Shown in pieces: positions 36,340 through 50,204 of a stretch of DNA of 64,000 nt. Made by a program: the position numbers and the translations under genes. Under the pieces are notes generated by a model that saw only the letters and a program-made list of their open reading frames with translations, was not told the DNA's origin and searched no databases. The DNA comes from Mobula hypostoma. Taxonomy: Eukaryota. The stretch lies in contig NC_086110.1 in the NCBI RefSeq assembly GCF_963921235.1, positions 15,004,001 through 15,068,000 on the forward strand, read 5' to 3'. Positions within the stretch are counted from its first letter, which is position 1. Each line of letters opens with the position of its first letter.

Positions 36340-36990
36340 ATCACTGAACATGGGGCAGTACAGAACAAGAACAGGCCCCCTCAGCCCATGACGTCAGATG
36401 CCAATCTAAAGAAATCCCACCTGCCTGCACACGGTCTGAATCCCTTCACTCCCTGCTTGATCACAGGCCTGTCAAAATGCCTCTTCAGCGTTACTTTGGT
36501 ATCAGTTACCACCACTATCCCTGTCAGTGTGTTCTTCCGCCTACCACTCTGTGTAAATAAAAACTTGCTTCGTAAATCTCTATTAGACTCCCCCACCTCA
36601 CACCTCAAGTGCATGCCCTCTAGCATTTGACATTTCTACCTAGGAAAATGATCTATGCCTTCCATAATTTTATAAGCTTCCATCAGGTCACCCCTCACCC
36701 TCTGTAACTTCAGAGAACAATCTAAGTTCGTCCAACCATTCCTTACAACTAATACTTTCAAATCCAGACAACATCCTGCTGAATGTCTTCTGCACCCTCT
36801 CCAAAGACTCCACATCCTTCTTGTAACATGGTGACCAGACATACACCCTGTACTCCAAATGTGGCCCAACCAAAGTTTTATATAACTACAACATGACTTC
36901 CAGACCCGGACTGATAGGGGAAATGTGTAGTACGTATGGCTTCTTCACCCTCCTATCCAGTATTGTTGCCATTTTCAAGGAAGTATGGAC
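36340..36990 (-). mobile_element. CR1 3' fragment
   Basis: VGPHLEY.V.VWSP.YKKDV.SLERVQK.F.RML peptide. Confidence 0.8.
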
Positions 36991-37294
36991 TCGCATAATC
37001 CATAATCTGAAACGGCACTGCATTCCTGTGGAGCCTGTTGGCCCAGTCCTGGTTCTGTTTCTTCAGCATGCAGTTGTGACCAGGAACACACCAGCTGAAA
37101 ATTTTGTCAATGCAGATTCAATTTTGCTTTTCAAAGGAGAATTGAATAAATATTTTAAAACATAAAAGTTTGCAGATCTGTGGGGAACTGGACTGAACGG
37201 CTTGCTATAAAGAGCCAGAAGACACACAACCCTCTCTGGTGTGTGGTTCACTCTCTGACTGAATGTAATGTTTACTGCTGAGGTTGACACTCAC

Positions 37295-37377
37295 ATATTG
37301 AAGTTGTAATGACCTGGGTAGTTGGTATGAAGCACAAATTTCTTCACCTGATGTGTTGTGGCATCAAACAGAACATC
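37295..37377 (-). CDS. PHAF1: PHAF1 exon: DVLFDATTHQVKKFVLHTNYPGHYNFN(I)
   Basis: tgacag acceptor after an 88-nt intron, GTGAG donor, 83 nt, phase 0 to 2. Confidence 0.95.
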
Positions 37378-37438
37378 CTGTCAAAGAGAGACAGAAAGAA
37401 ATTAAAGCTGAGGTGACTGGTATAACACCAGCTTGTCA

Positions 37439-37630
<192 letters not shown>

Positions 37631-37847
37631 TCACACTCAAAAAATTCATGGTCAATACAGACATATACAGTATCTGTGCTGCTGAGTCCACAGATGGGGT
37701 GTTCATGACATGAAATAATGATGTACTCACTACTGAAATGTCACTGGTGTTAAGCAGTAGATGGGAACTGGCTAACATGAAATATGCAGAACTTGTTTTT
37801 AAGCAAGTTGTACTGGAAATAACAATCGGTAAGGAAGATTAACATTA

Positions 37848-38105
<258 letters not shown>

Positions 38106-38205
38106 TTAGAGTCAGCTCACAAGTCTGCATGTTGGCGAAGCAGAGAACATCACACTTTATTCAAGCGAGTACGTATTGATTATTCAAGTAAGTTAATAAA
38201 ACCTT

Positions 38206-38991
38206 AGTAACACACACAAAATGCCTGAGAAACTCAGCAGGCCAGGCAGCATCTACGGAAAAAAGTACAGTTGACGTTTTGGGCTGAAATCGTTCGGCAG
38301 AACTGGAGAAAAAAAGCCGAAGAGTACATTTGAAAGGTGGGGGGAGAGGAGATAGAAATGCCAGGCAATAGGTGAAACCTGGAGAGGGAGGGATGAAGCG
38401 AAGAGCTAGGAAGTTGATTGGTGAAAGAGACAGAAGACCATGGAAGAAAGAAGAAAGGTGAGGGTGTGCAGGAGCAGTAGAGGGAGGTGATGGGCAGGCA
38501 AGGACAAAGGAAGGACGAGGGGATGGGAAATAGTGAAGGGGGGAGGTGGAGGCATTACTGGAAGTTTGAGAAATCGGTGTTCATGCCATCAGGTTGGAGG
38601 CCATGGATGGACATATCGGAATGTGAATGGGAAGTGGAATAATGGGTGGGCACTGGGAGATCCGCTTGTTCTGGTGGACATTCCCTCTACACCTACACAC
38701 CTTCCCCTTTCTTCTTTCCTCCATGGCCACTGTCTCTTTCACCAATCAACTTCCTAGCTCTTTGCTTCATCTCTTCCCATCCAAGTTTCACCTATCGCCT
38801 GGAGTTTCTCTCTCCCTTCCCCCCACCTTTCCAATCGACTCCTCGGCTATTTTTTCTCCAGTTCTGCTGAAGGGTCTCAGCCCGAAACGTTGACTGGACT
38901 TTTTTTTCCCATAGATGCTGTCTGGCCTGCTGAGTTCCTCCAGCATTTTGTGTGTGTTGCTCGGATTTCCAGCATCTGCAGACTCCCTCTT
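38206..38991 (+). mobile_element. Older PLE fold-back insertion
   Basis: Inverted arms (~38206-38460 vs ~38700-38960); unpaired tail 38961-38991; 14-bp TSD gttaataaaacctt at 38192-38205 and 38992-39005; degenerate hammerheads at ~38268-38305 (-) and ~38860-38895 (+). Confidence 0.85.
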
Positions 38992-39114
38992 GTTAATAAA
39001 ACCTTGTTTACTTACATTGCGGACTTACCAGTGCTACGCATCATGAAAAGACTTCAAATAAACATACATCCCTCAGCAAATGGAAACTGGGTTCGCAATA
39101 CCAGGCTATTGATA

Positions 39115-39314
39115 AACACAAGAGATTCTGCAGATGTTGGAAATCCAGAAGAATACACAGAAAATGCTGGAGGATCTCAGTAGATCCAGCAACATCAATG
39201 GATCGGACCCGAGCAACACACACAGCGGTCTCGACCTGAAACCTTGACTGTTTCTAACTCTCCATAGATGCTGGCTGACCTGCTAAGTTCTTCCAGCATT
39301 ATGCGTGTGTTGCT
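39115..39314 (-). mobile_element. Short PLE fold-back insertion
   Basis: Tail on the left, inverted copy on the right; TSD caggctatt(g/a)ata at 39102-39114 and 39315-39327. Confidence 0.75.
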
Positions 39315-40519
39315 CAGGCTATTAATACACCAGCTTTAGGTAAACCTTAGCAGTAAATGAAAACTGGCAACGTTATCGTACAGAAGCTGCGTCTGACAGT
39401 ATGTGCTAATATTGGAAAAATTAGTACGAATGAAAGTAAATTCCTTCTGCTTTGTTCTAACAATCCTGGAATTCAGTTAAATCTGTGGATAGCTCAAAAT
39501 AAATTATAACTTTGTTTTATGTGTTTCCTTACCAACAGCTTAGATATCAGATTCTGCAACTAACTTTTCACAATCAGGCCAACAAGTGCAGTGCGTTTAA
39601 TTAAATCAAATGGTGTTTCAATAAGTGATTGTCATCATTAATTATTTTGCAACTGTAGTCTGTAATCCTTTCATCTTTTTCAATGCAAGTCACAAATTAA
39701 TGATCCTCACCATAGAAATAGTTTGGTGTGTGAATGGTGTGTATCACAGGCTCTGTGAGATAACGTGCTAAGATTTCTGCGGAGCTTCCCAGTAGCTTTG
39801 TGGCCAGAGCCAGATAGGACCAGGTGTTCAAAGGTCAGTGCAAAATTACAGGCTCTAATCTGAAATGACTGTACAGCAAGTGCAAGTTGGATCAGTGTAC
39901 AGAATAATAGATAAAATATTTACTTATGCTTTACCCTATCACACTAATGGCACTGCTTCCAACTCGTTTCTCCTCTTCTTTCACAAACCAAACCATCTAA
40001 AAACTCTGATGCTTATAATATAATCAATACCAAGTCCTACTCTATAGCAACTCCATGCTTATTAATTTACATTGATCTACCTCTGCAATTTAACCAAATT
40101 TAATATTTTTTCATCATGTTCAAATATGCCTACAATAGTCTCTTTCCTCCCAATGTAGCAACCAGAGATGAGTTCAAATTCCACCACTGCTGCTTTGGAA
40201 ATTTAAATTCAACTAAACATTCATTCCCTTCACTGCACCAAGAGTGGTAGCATTTACCATCTACAAAATGCATTCGACATCCATAGTTCAATGTACACAC
40301 GTTACCAAAAACTATCTTGAGATTCATTTCCATGCAGGCATTCACAGGAAGTAAATAAACGTAATGAAATTCTAGAAAAACCATACATAAACAAAGAAAG
40401 AACGAGAAACAACTAATGTGCAAAAGACACTGCAAATAAAAATAATACTGTGAACTTGAGTTGTAAGAGAGTCCTTGAAAGTCAGTCTGTAAGTTGTAGA
40501 ATTAGCCCAGAGTGGTGGA

Positions 40520-40778
40520 TAGCCAGAGGCTTTTTCCCAGGGCTGAAATGGCTAACACGAGGGGACAAAGTTTAAAGGTGCCTAGAAGCACACTTTTCCA
40601 CACAGAGTGGTGGGTGTGAGGAAAGCACTGCCAGCGAAGGTAGTAGTGGCAGATACAATAGGGTATTTCAAAAGACTCTTAGGTAGGTACATGGAGCTTA
40701 GAAAAATGGAGGGCTACGTGGTAGAGAAATTTTAGGCAGTTTCTAGAGTAGGTTGCATGGTCGGCACATTGTGGGCCA
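40520..40778 (+). mobile_element. CR1 3' fragment
   Basis: tttttcccaggg...ttccacacagagtggtggg...gcagatacaataggg, similar to the CR1 ORF2 end. Confidence 0.65.
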
Positions 40779-41667
40779 AACTGCCGCACACTGGATGATT
40801 TTTTGTTTTTCACATGTCTCTGTAATCTCTAGCGACTGCTGTACATGAAAATCCCAGGAGATCAGCAATTTCTGAGATACTCAAAGCAGCTTATCTGGCA
40901 TCAACAATCATTCCAGTGATATAGTCACTTAGATCACGTTTCTTCCCCATTCTGAAGTCTGGTCTGAACAACAACTGAACCACTTCTGCATGCCTTTAAA
41001 TACTGAGTTGCTGCCACATGATTAGCTGATTAGATATTTGCATTAATGAGGTGTACAGGTGTATCTAATAAAGCAGCCATTGAATGTACAATGTGATTAA
41101 TTTCTCCAAGAAGTTGCCATCTTATTTCTAAATAACCACAGGAGCTGTTCCAGCGATGTCAAATCCAACCTAAGTCATGCTTGTTGATTTGCATCTGGGT
41201 TCACCAGATCTGCAAAAAACTGCAAGAGAGATGTGTTTTTATACCTCTAAAGCAGAGGCACAAATTAATTATTGCACCTACACTGCTAACCTTTACAAGG
41301 AGAGCATATTTCAGCGTAGACTGGTAATAAACATCCCTGCTTTTTAAAGATATGATGCATTTGACCCCACACAATAGTTACTCACCTGAACCAGCAGGGG
41401 GACCCAAGGCAACACTTCCAGAGAAATTCTAAATCTCAGCCACCAGTTCAAAAGTCACTATGGATTTGTGAATTATTACAGAAAGACTTATAGAAACTTT
41501 CCCTCTAAAGACTGGCTGAAACTATTCAAACATACCTAGGCAACATGCCTTGATTTTTTTTTTTTTTAGCAACATAAGCTCATGGAACTGAGGAAGTTGT
41601 GGTGAGGCAAGGGTTAGCATAACATCCAGACAAGGATACATTGCAAATAGAACGCAGACAGCTCAGG

Positions 41668-42923
41668 TATTACGTACACGCAACCCTGTAAAAGTATCAG
41701 CAGCAATACAGCACACCTGGAGTCTGGTTTTGCTGTTAACAATCACTATTTCATTAGTAACTACGTAATATAATAACTTAAACCGGGTAAACCAAGAGTG
41801 AGCAGTGCTATTCATATATAGTGTAAGAAAATAAAGTTCCCAAACTCATTCAAGCCCATGTGGCAAGAGTTCAGTCTTACGATGGTATGTAAGGAAGTTC
41901 CGTTCAATGCTCGGAGTTGGTGGCGGGGGAGAGGGATATTTGTAAGCCAAGGTGAAATCCACGATAGGAGAAGAACAAGTAAACAGTTGGTCTTCTGTCA
42001 TCAGCTCCGAATCCACTCACAAAGTATCACCGACAGTGATCTTCACAGAAATATCCTTTCTCACAAGTGGTTACCACAATCCCACGCCCGAATTCAGCTA
42101 CGGGTCATCCCAAAGTGGTGGCCACAGGATACTCAAACCGAACCCACGTATGGATTATCACCAACAGTAGCTTATCACAAGGGGACCCTCTTCAAGGGAA
42201 AACTACCACCCAGGCAAGGGTAGACACGCTGGTAGATTCCACAAGGTTACCCCAATCACACAACGTGATAGCCACTTATCCAGTTCCATGACATATGAAG
42301 TAACCCCAACAGTGATTTGCCACAGGGGTGCCTTCTTCAGTGAACTACCACACCCAGACAAGGGTTAAAACACATGTTAACACACATGTGGTATTCACAA
42401 AGGTTTTCCCTCACCAGAGAACCCACTCTTGTGGATTAACTATGTGACAACCACACTTTCGTATTCCAATGGAATCAAACTCACCCTTACGGGCTACTTG
42501 GAGAGAGTCCAAATAGTGATCTCTTTGTCACTAGGTTTCTTCTATTTCAAACCTTTCTCTCCCCTCTTCTCTGCACCTGCTTCCAGATGCAGCAACTTAT
42601 GAGAGTCATTTATCAATACTCTGGATCAATACTCAACTCACCCCTTGTGGGCTACTGAAAGTTTAAACCAGCGACCCCACTCACTGGTGTCTTTCCATGA
42701 TTGAAACCATCTCAACTCTGACTGTGAAAACGAGAGTGTCCTCGTAAAAATCCAAACACGCTGCAGAGAGATGTAAACAAGCTGACAGCGAAGAATGGCT
42801 CCGCCTCTCTCCCTCAGTCAGTTAGCAGTAGAAGACAGCTGCTTTTCCTAACGCTGTATTCAGTCTCTCTCTTTCTCCTTAAAAGCATAGTCCATAACGA
42901 ATGAAACTTAAGATCCCATCACA
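41668..42923. mobile_element. Probable solo LTR (~1.26 kb)
   Basis: cagg|TATTAC...ATCACA|cagg (4-bp TSD, near TG...CA ends); internal imperfect repeats (cacaagggg...actaccac...aggg); no ORF similarity. Confidence 0.45.
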
Positions 42924-43329
42924 CAGGCAAGAAAAGTCTTTGAAGAGACAATTACTTTACTAGCTTTAAAATATCCTTGGTTGTTAGTTTGTAGTTTCTA
43001 TTGACTTTAACAGCTCCATTGTGAATGGTGAAAGTAAAAAATTCAAACATAGTTTACCAATCTATAAGTGCTAGTCAATTCTATATAAGAATAGTATTTT
43101 TCTTTTCTGACTTCAGAACAGTGACTCCTTGAGCACATGTAAAGTATGATTGAAGAATGAGTGCATGTGTTCAGAGTCCAGTTAATGACGACAGAACTCC
43201 ATCTCATCTTCTGTCTAGGCACATTGCAACCCTTGGGAGCCTCGGGACTCAATGATGAATTCAGCAATTTAGGATAGTCAGCTTTTCCTACTTGTGTTAG
43301 AATTGATCATCCACCTCAAGGTCACCCAC

Positions 43330-45190
43330 CTTAGTTGTTACCAACTGCATTGAAACCTGTGTGAATGAGTGTGTGCCTACAAAAACTTGCTGTACATTCC
43401 CACCAAAAGCCGTGGATAACCCAGGAGATTTGTCGCCTGCTGAAGGCTAGATCTGTGGCATTCAAGGCTGGCGACCCAAGTCTGTACCAGAAAACCAGGT
43501 ATGACTTGCGGAGGGCTATTTCAAGAGCGAAGAAACAACCCTGAGCGAGGTTGTAGGTGACATCAGATACACGCCAACTCTGGCAGGGTTCGCAGGACAT
43601 TATTTGCTACAAAGCGAAACCCAACATCATGAATGACAGTGATGCTTCATTATCAGATGAGCTCAACACCTTCCATGCCTGCTTGAAATGGAGAATATAA
43701 CTACAGCTGTGAAGATCCCTGCTGCATCCAGTGACCCTGTGATCTGTCTCAGAGGCCAATGTCAGGCTGTCTTTCAGGAGGATGAACCCTCGCAAAGCAG
43801 CAGGCCCCTATGGAGTACCTGGTAAGGCTCTGAAAACTTGTGCCAACCAACTGGTGTGAGTACTCAAGGACATTTTCAACCTCTAACTGCTACGGTCAGA
43901 AATTCCCACCTGCTTCAAAAGGGGAATAACTATACCAGTGCCCAAGAAGAGTGGTGTGAGCTGCCTTAATTTCTATTGTCCAGTAGCACTCACATCTACA
44001 GTGACGAATTGCTTTGCGAGGTTGGTCATGGCTAGAATCAACTTCTGTCTCAGCAAGGAGCTGGACTCTCTGCAATTTTCCTATCGCCACAACAGCTCTA
44101 CAGCAGATGTAATCTCAATGGCTCTTCATGCGGCCGTAGCTCACCTGGGCAATATCAATACCTATGCAAGGATGCTGTTCCCAATTGATAAGTTACAGAA
44201 CCTGGGCCTCCATACCTCCCTCTGCAATTGGTTCCTCAACTTCCTAACCGGAAGACCACGATCTGTACAGGTTGTTGATAATATCTCCTCCTCGCTGATG
44301 ATCAACACTGACGCACTTCTGGGATGTGTGCTTAGCCCACTGCTCTACCCTCTCTATATCCATGTCTGTGTGGCTAGGAGTAGCTCAAAAATTTGCTGAT
44401 GATACAACCATTGTTGGTAGAATCTCAGATGGAGACAACAGGGCGTACAGGATCGAGATATACCAGCTAATTGAGTGGCATCGCAGTAACAACCTTGCAC
44501 TCAATGTCAGTAAGATGAGGGATCAGCAGTGGAGAGAGTGAGCAGTTTCAAGTTCCTGGGTGTCAGGATCTTTGAGGATCTAACCTGGTCCTAACATATT
44601 GATGCAACTATAAAGAAGGCAAGACAGTGGCTATATTTCATTCGGAGTCTGAGGAGATCTGGTTTTTCACCCAAGACACTCAAAAACTTCTACAGATATA
44701 CATTCTGACAGGCTGCATCACTGTGTGGTATGGGGGGGGGGCTACTGCACAGAATCAAAAGCTACAGAAAGTTGTAAAATTAGTCAGCTCCATCTTGGGT
44801 ACTAAACTCCATGGTATCCAAGACATCTTCAAGGAGCAGTACCTCAGAAAGGTGGCATCCAATATTAAGCCACCCCCATCACTCAGCACATGCCCTCTTC
44901 TCATGGTTACTGTCAGAAAGGAGGTACCGAAGCCTGAAGGCACAGACTCAGCGATTCAGGAACAGCTTCTTCCCTTCTGCCATCCGATTCCTAAATGGAC
45001 ATTGAACCCATGAACACTACCTCACTGTTTTATATACTATTTCTGTTTTTGCACCATTTTAATTTAACTAATATATAAATTTGCTGTAATTGATTTACTT
45101 TTTTTCATAATATCATGTATTGCATTGTACTGCTGCCACAAAGTTAACAAATTTCACGACATATGCTGGTGATATTAAACCTCATTTTGA
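43330..45190 (+). mobile_element. Rex1/Babar-type LINE, 5'-truncated, degenerate
   Basis: PVPKKS..SCLN.YCPVALTS...LDSLQFSYRHNSSTAD, KFADDTTIVG, RFRNSFFPSAIRFLN; gatattaaacct tail. Confidence 0.85.
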
Positions 45191-45199
45191 TTTTTAGCT

Positions 45200-45545
45200 C
45201 AATTTTTCCTCTTTCCACAGGTACTGCCTGATATTCTAGGTGTCTTAAGCATTGTTTTCTGTTTTAGGTTCCCAGCAACTGCTACGCTCTGCATCCTTTT
45301 TTTTTGCTGCAATCACCATTTACCCATTAAGCAGAAGGTTCAGTAGCATTGTGTTTGCCAAAGTTCCCTCTCTCCTTCTCTCTCTCTTCCCCCCCCCCCA
45401 ACACTTTGCAACTGGAAACATACTTGTTTCCTCAATTTTGCTGTCCTGATGTGGGATTATTAGCCTGAAACATTAACTCTGCCTTTCTCTCCAGAGATGC
45501 TGCCTGGCCTGCTGAGTATTTCCAGTACATTCTGCTGTAATTTAA
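45200..45545 (+). mobile_element. Two old PLE 3'-repeat relics
   Basis: gtcctgatgtggga...cctgaaacattaac...gatgctgcctggcctgctgagtatttccag. Confidence 0.55.
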
Positions 45546-46734
45546 CTGTTCAATATATGCAGTTTTTTAAAACTTCAATTTCAATTTGGAGCCACTTTGC
45601 AAGGAATTGTGTTTCCAGGGGAATTTGTATACTAATTTCACAAGACAATAGCAGTTGGCCCATTAATAGAATCATTTATTAACCAAGCTCTCAAATGGCC
45701 TTCTTTATGCCAACATTTCATTCTAACATGGAATGATGGGAAACTAATCTGTGAGTAGGTAAAGGATGGTATGGTGTAAATAGCAAAACAAGCCCATGAA
45801 GAGCAGGAAATCTTCAAAGGATGACAGCTTTCAGAATATGATGCTCCTTTAGTACTTCACCGAAGCCAATCGATATTAAGCACTCAAGTTTGGCACCAGA
45901 GTTCAGGTCTCAAACATCTGATTGAAAGTTATCAACTGAACCAAGCTGATTCCCAAGTCATGCAAGACCCTCATCCTAACCCTGAAAATAACTAGACCCA
46001 AGATTGATAATTGATCTGTAGCCACTAACTTACAATTTTTACTCTATTGCAGCCAGTTGTACAAAAAAAAGTTGAATAACCATTTATCAGGTAGATTCCA
46101 TCCATCTAAGACAACATCCATGATTTGTTTAAAATCATAGGTCTGTTTCACTGGCTCTCCACTCAGCCTTGGACAACCTGGACAACAGCAATACCCACGT
46201 CAGACTGTTTATTGATTACAGCTCACCATTCAACATCACATTCCTTCAATACTAATCAACATTTTCAGCATCATTACATGACAGAAACGGACTTACCACT
46301 GTAATATTCCTTAAGTGTAGAAATGCTGCACTGGTCACTCACTCTCTTTATGTGGGAGTTAAAATTCAAATGTGAATCGAGGTTAACACCCAGGCTAGAT
46401 TCTTCTGATTTTACAAGGAGAACCAAAGTCCAAAGTTTATCAAGAAGTCTTTTTTTTAAAATATATACACATGTTGCACAGTACTGGATGCCACAAAACA
46501 ATGAATTTCATGACATATGTCTATAGTGAATAGTAATGTCTACAATAAGCGGATTCTGATTCTAAAGCAGTATAGGTAAGTTTGGTGATTGACACCACTG
46601 CTCTCACTATCATCCTGTGCCATTCTAGTTTGTATTAAAATGATACAAATTTACAACCTCAGTGTTTCAACATCCATACATACACGGGGAGTAATTTCTA
46701 ATCATAATGCACTAAGCAGAGCAAATCAGTATTA

Positions 46735-46932
<198 letters not shown>

Positions 46933-47993
46933 TCACTGTGCAGGCATTTCAAGAAACCACACTGATAAATAAATTATTCCCCTTCAGATGGTATTGACAC
47001 TGTACAGTTCCATCATTTTGCTTTTAGTAGACCATGCTGCCCAGGGACCAGTTTTAATGAATATTAGTGTCAATAGTGAGCATTCAGCACTACAGACCTT
47101 GCTCTTAATTGGCATGTAATGTTTTACTGGCAAGACTCATCAAAGTGCAATCCAAGCAACTAGGATCTACCAAGGCTGGGTTTTAATTGCTGTCTTGTAG
47201 CTGTGGGACTGTCATAAGACACACTGCAAGGACAGTGCCAATTAAAGGAGCACCCAGCCAGCACATACAATCCAGGTTTCTAAAGCAATCTGGATCACAC
47301 AATTGCCGCCAGTTTCGAGTATTTATGTTAAAGATGTAAATTTCTCCTCACCAGCATTCAATTCAGTTGCAAATTCTGCAGCAAGAGGTGCCCATCCAAT
47401 TGGATATTACTAAAAGGCTTTTGCCTGCTTGTCTTTGTAAACTGTGGCCACCTCGGGTAGATACTGGTATGGACTGGGTGCAATATCTGAGCAGGGCTTG
47501 GGGACAAGAGAGTTATGAATTGGGGTTCTGATTTGGGAGAGGTGGTTAGGGAGTTGATATGGTGATGGGGGAATCATTGGGTCAGGTTGGGGGCCCAGAC
47601 AATAAATTACATTACAGGGGACTTTTCTGAGACAGGCTCTTAGCATGTGGCTGGGGTCTATTTGGGGACCCTGTGTAAAATGTACCACTGTGGCTGTACA
47701 TCTGAGGCAGAAATTGTTGTACTGCCACAACTGTGATTCAGAGCCAAACTGCTCCATTAGATTTCTGTGCAGGCAGCGTACAACTTCAAAGTGAGCTTCA
47801 CTGCAGAAAGACCCTGATATTACTCGTCTACTGCTGAATAATAAAAAGGCAAATGACTGAGCCAAAGACATTTTGACAATTACTAAATTCATCTCTAATA
47901 CTCTTCTTGTCAATGAGCATTTGATGGTCAGTAGAAGCTAAGCCAATCTGGGGGAAAAGAAAACATGGCACCTTCTGTCTGGCAGTTTTCTTA

Positions 47994-48110
<117 letters not shown>

Positions 48111-48569
48111 TTAAACATCTATAGTCATCAGCAAGGACAAATCATGGATAAAGAGAGAAACAGAAAATCATTCTAGTAATGTATCCATACATCCTCATTT
48201 CAAGCAAATCAATTTCCATCCACTTCCAATCCACACCTCCCACTGCACAGATTCCATAATGCCTTTTGGTTCCATTCACTTCTCCAATACTATTTCAACT
48301 AACATTAATTTTTTTCAGTCACATACATAAAACATTGCAGCACAGTACAGACCCTTTGGCCCAAAATGTTGCACTGACCTTTTAACCTACTCTAAGATCA
48401 ATATAACCCTTCCTTCTACATAGCCTCTATTTTTCCATCATCCATGGGCCGAGCTAAGACTTTCTTAAATGTCTCTCAGTTGCTCATTCAATCTTGATCC
48501 AGCTCTCTCCATTATTTCTAGGCTTTCCGTGCTTTTTCTCTCAAGATGGGCACTAAATTTTCAGTTAAC

Positions 48570-49372
48570 TGGGTTATCGGTTAATCAGGGCAACCGCTTA
48601 CCTGGGACAACTCTTAAAAGAACAAAAACTAATCGAGGAAACACCGGGATTCCCTTCATTTATTTGGGACACTATGCTGCTTAACCGGGCAGGAGACTAT
48701 TGCCAGATAGGTTCTAACTAGCATCAGATGCGTGGACCGGTATGGTCATAAGACCATGCTTATTTTGGACAGTTTTTAAATAGTGTCAGCTGCATTTGCT
48801 TGTGTTCAAAAAGCAGTGATTTTTGTCACCGATAGTAGGGGAGAAGTAAGCAGAAAGACAATTCAGAACTGTTTTGCTCACTGCAGTTTCAAGCATTCAG
48901 GCTTGGAGATGCCGGAAATGGCCAGCAGCGAAAATGAAATGATTTCATTACTTCTGACAAGTTAGGGTCACCGAAGAATTTGAAGGCATCAACTATCATC
49001 TTGAATGTTATAATAAAAATAGAGATTTGGAGGATGCAATTGTTGACAGCACTGTATGATGGCAGTCCATTTTCTACACTAGGTGTCTGCACAGATTTTG
49101 TTCATTTACAGTCAATCAAACGAACTTGGTAGTGTACACTCAACAAAATCCTGAGTCAATTTCTATTAGGAACTAATGCACAGTTTTATAGTATTGTAGT
49201 AGTATTGATAGTGTTCTCATTTGTTCTGTATTTCATTTAAATACTTAAATTGTTACTCAGTTAAAATGCAGTTTGTCTTTTTTTTTATATATTTTTAACT
49301 ATTTCAGCTAATTGTGGCAGCCGCTTAACAGCACCAAAATGTACTGGTCCTGATGTTTCCTAGTTAACTGTA
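48570..49372 (+). mobile_element. Tigger/pogo-derived element with transposase remnant
   Basis: EVSRKTIQNCFAHCSF resembles the pogo/Tigger C-terminal TI.NCF motif; colinear with 32748-34318. Confidence 0.7.
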
Positions 49373-50066
49373 TTTGCTTAATTTCCTTCACCATTTCTTT
49401 ATTTACCAGTATAATATCCCTTGCTCCTGTCTTTTAGTAACCCACATTAAGTTTAAGAATCTTTTCCTTCTTTCCATATTGACAGAAACTTTTGCAGTCT
49501 GTTTTCTCACTGGATTACAAATTTTGTTTAATCTTAAGGCAATTACTTTTTTGACAAAACTCTTCATCCCTTTCTTTCATACTATGTTTAACTCATCAAT
49601 AGTTAAGCTCAAACAGCTTTCCTCCCCATGGTACCTTAAAAGGATATTTATTTGTTAAAACCTATATATTAATTCCATTAACATTGGACATGGCTTGTTC
49701 ATTGTCCTATTTTTTAACTTGGTTTCCATTCTATCAGAGGTAACTCACACCTGAAGCCTTTTTACTTAACTTTATTTAGCTTCAAAACCCTGGTTTCAGG
49801 TTGAACTAAATAATTTTCTATCTTTAACAAAAACAAAATTACATTAAGATTGCTCTTCTGTATCGGCCTTTGTAACTGTTCAAGCTACTCTTTCATTCTG
49901 GACTCTGTCTGCAGGATTAGTTTCTTAGCACTTACCCCTCTCAGAACCTTGCCTATCTCACAGATATAATTCTAAACACCAATAAGCATCGGACACATGC
50001 AAGTTGAAGTTGTCCACTGCAGTCCAAGCAGAAGCAAAGTCATTGCTCTCTATAGCTTGGAACTCA

Positions 50067-50204
<138 letters not shown>

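Noticed and set aside
41386-41428. Possible cassette exon of PHAF1 (good GTGAGT donor on minus strand)
   Set aside because: Weak acceptor, 43 nt would shift the frame, and the flanking exons already join to give the expected peptide.
47410-47913. 167-aa minus-strand ORF in a PHAF1 intron
   Set aside because: Non-ATG start, no motifs and no splice support; probably chance.
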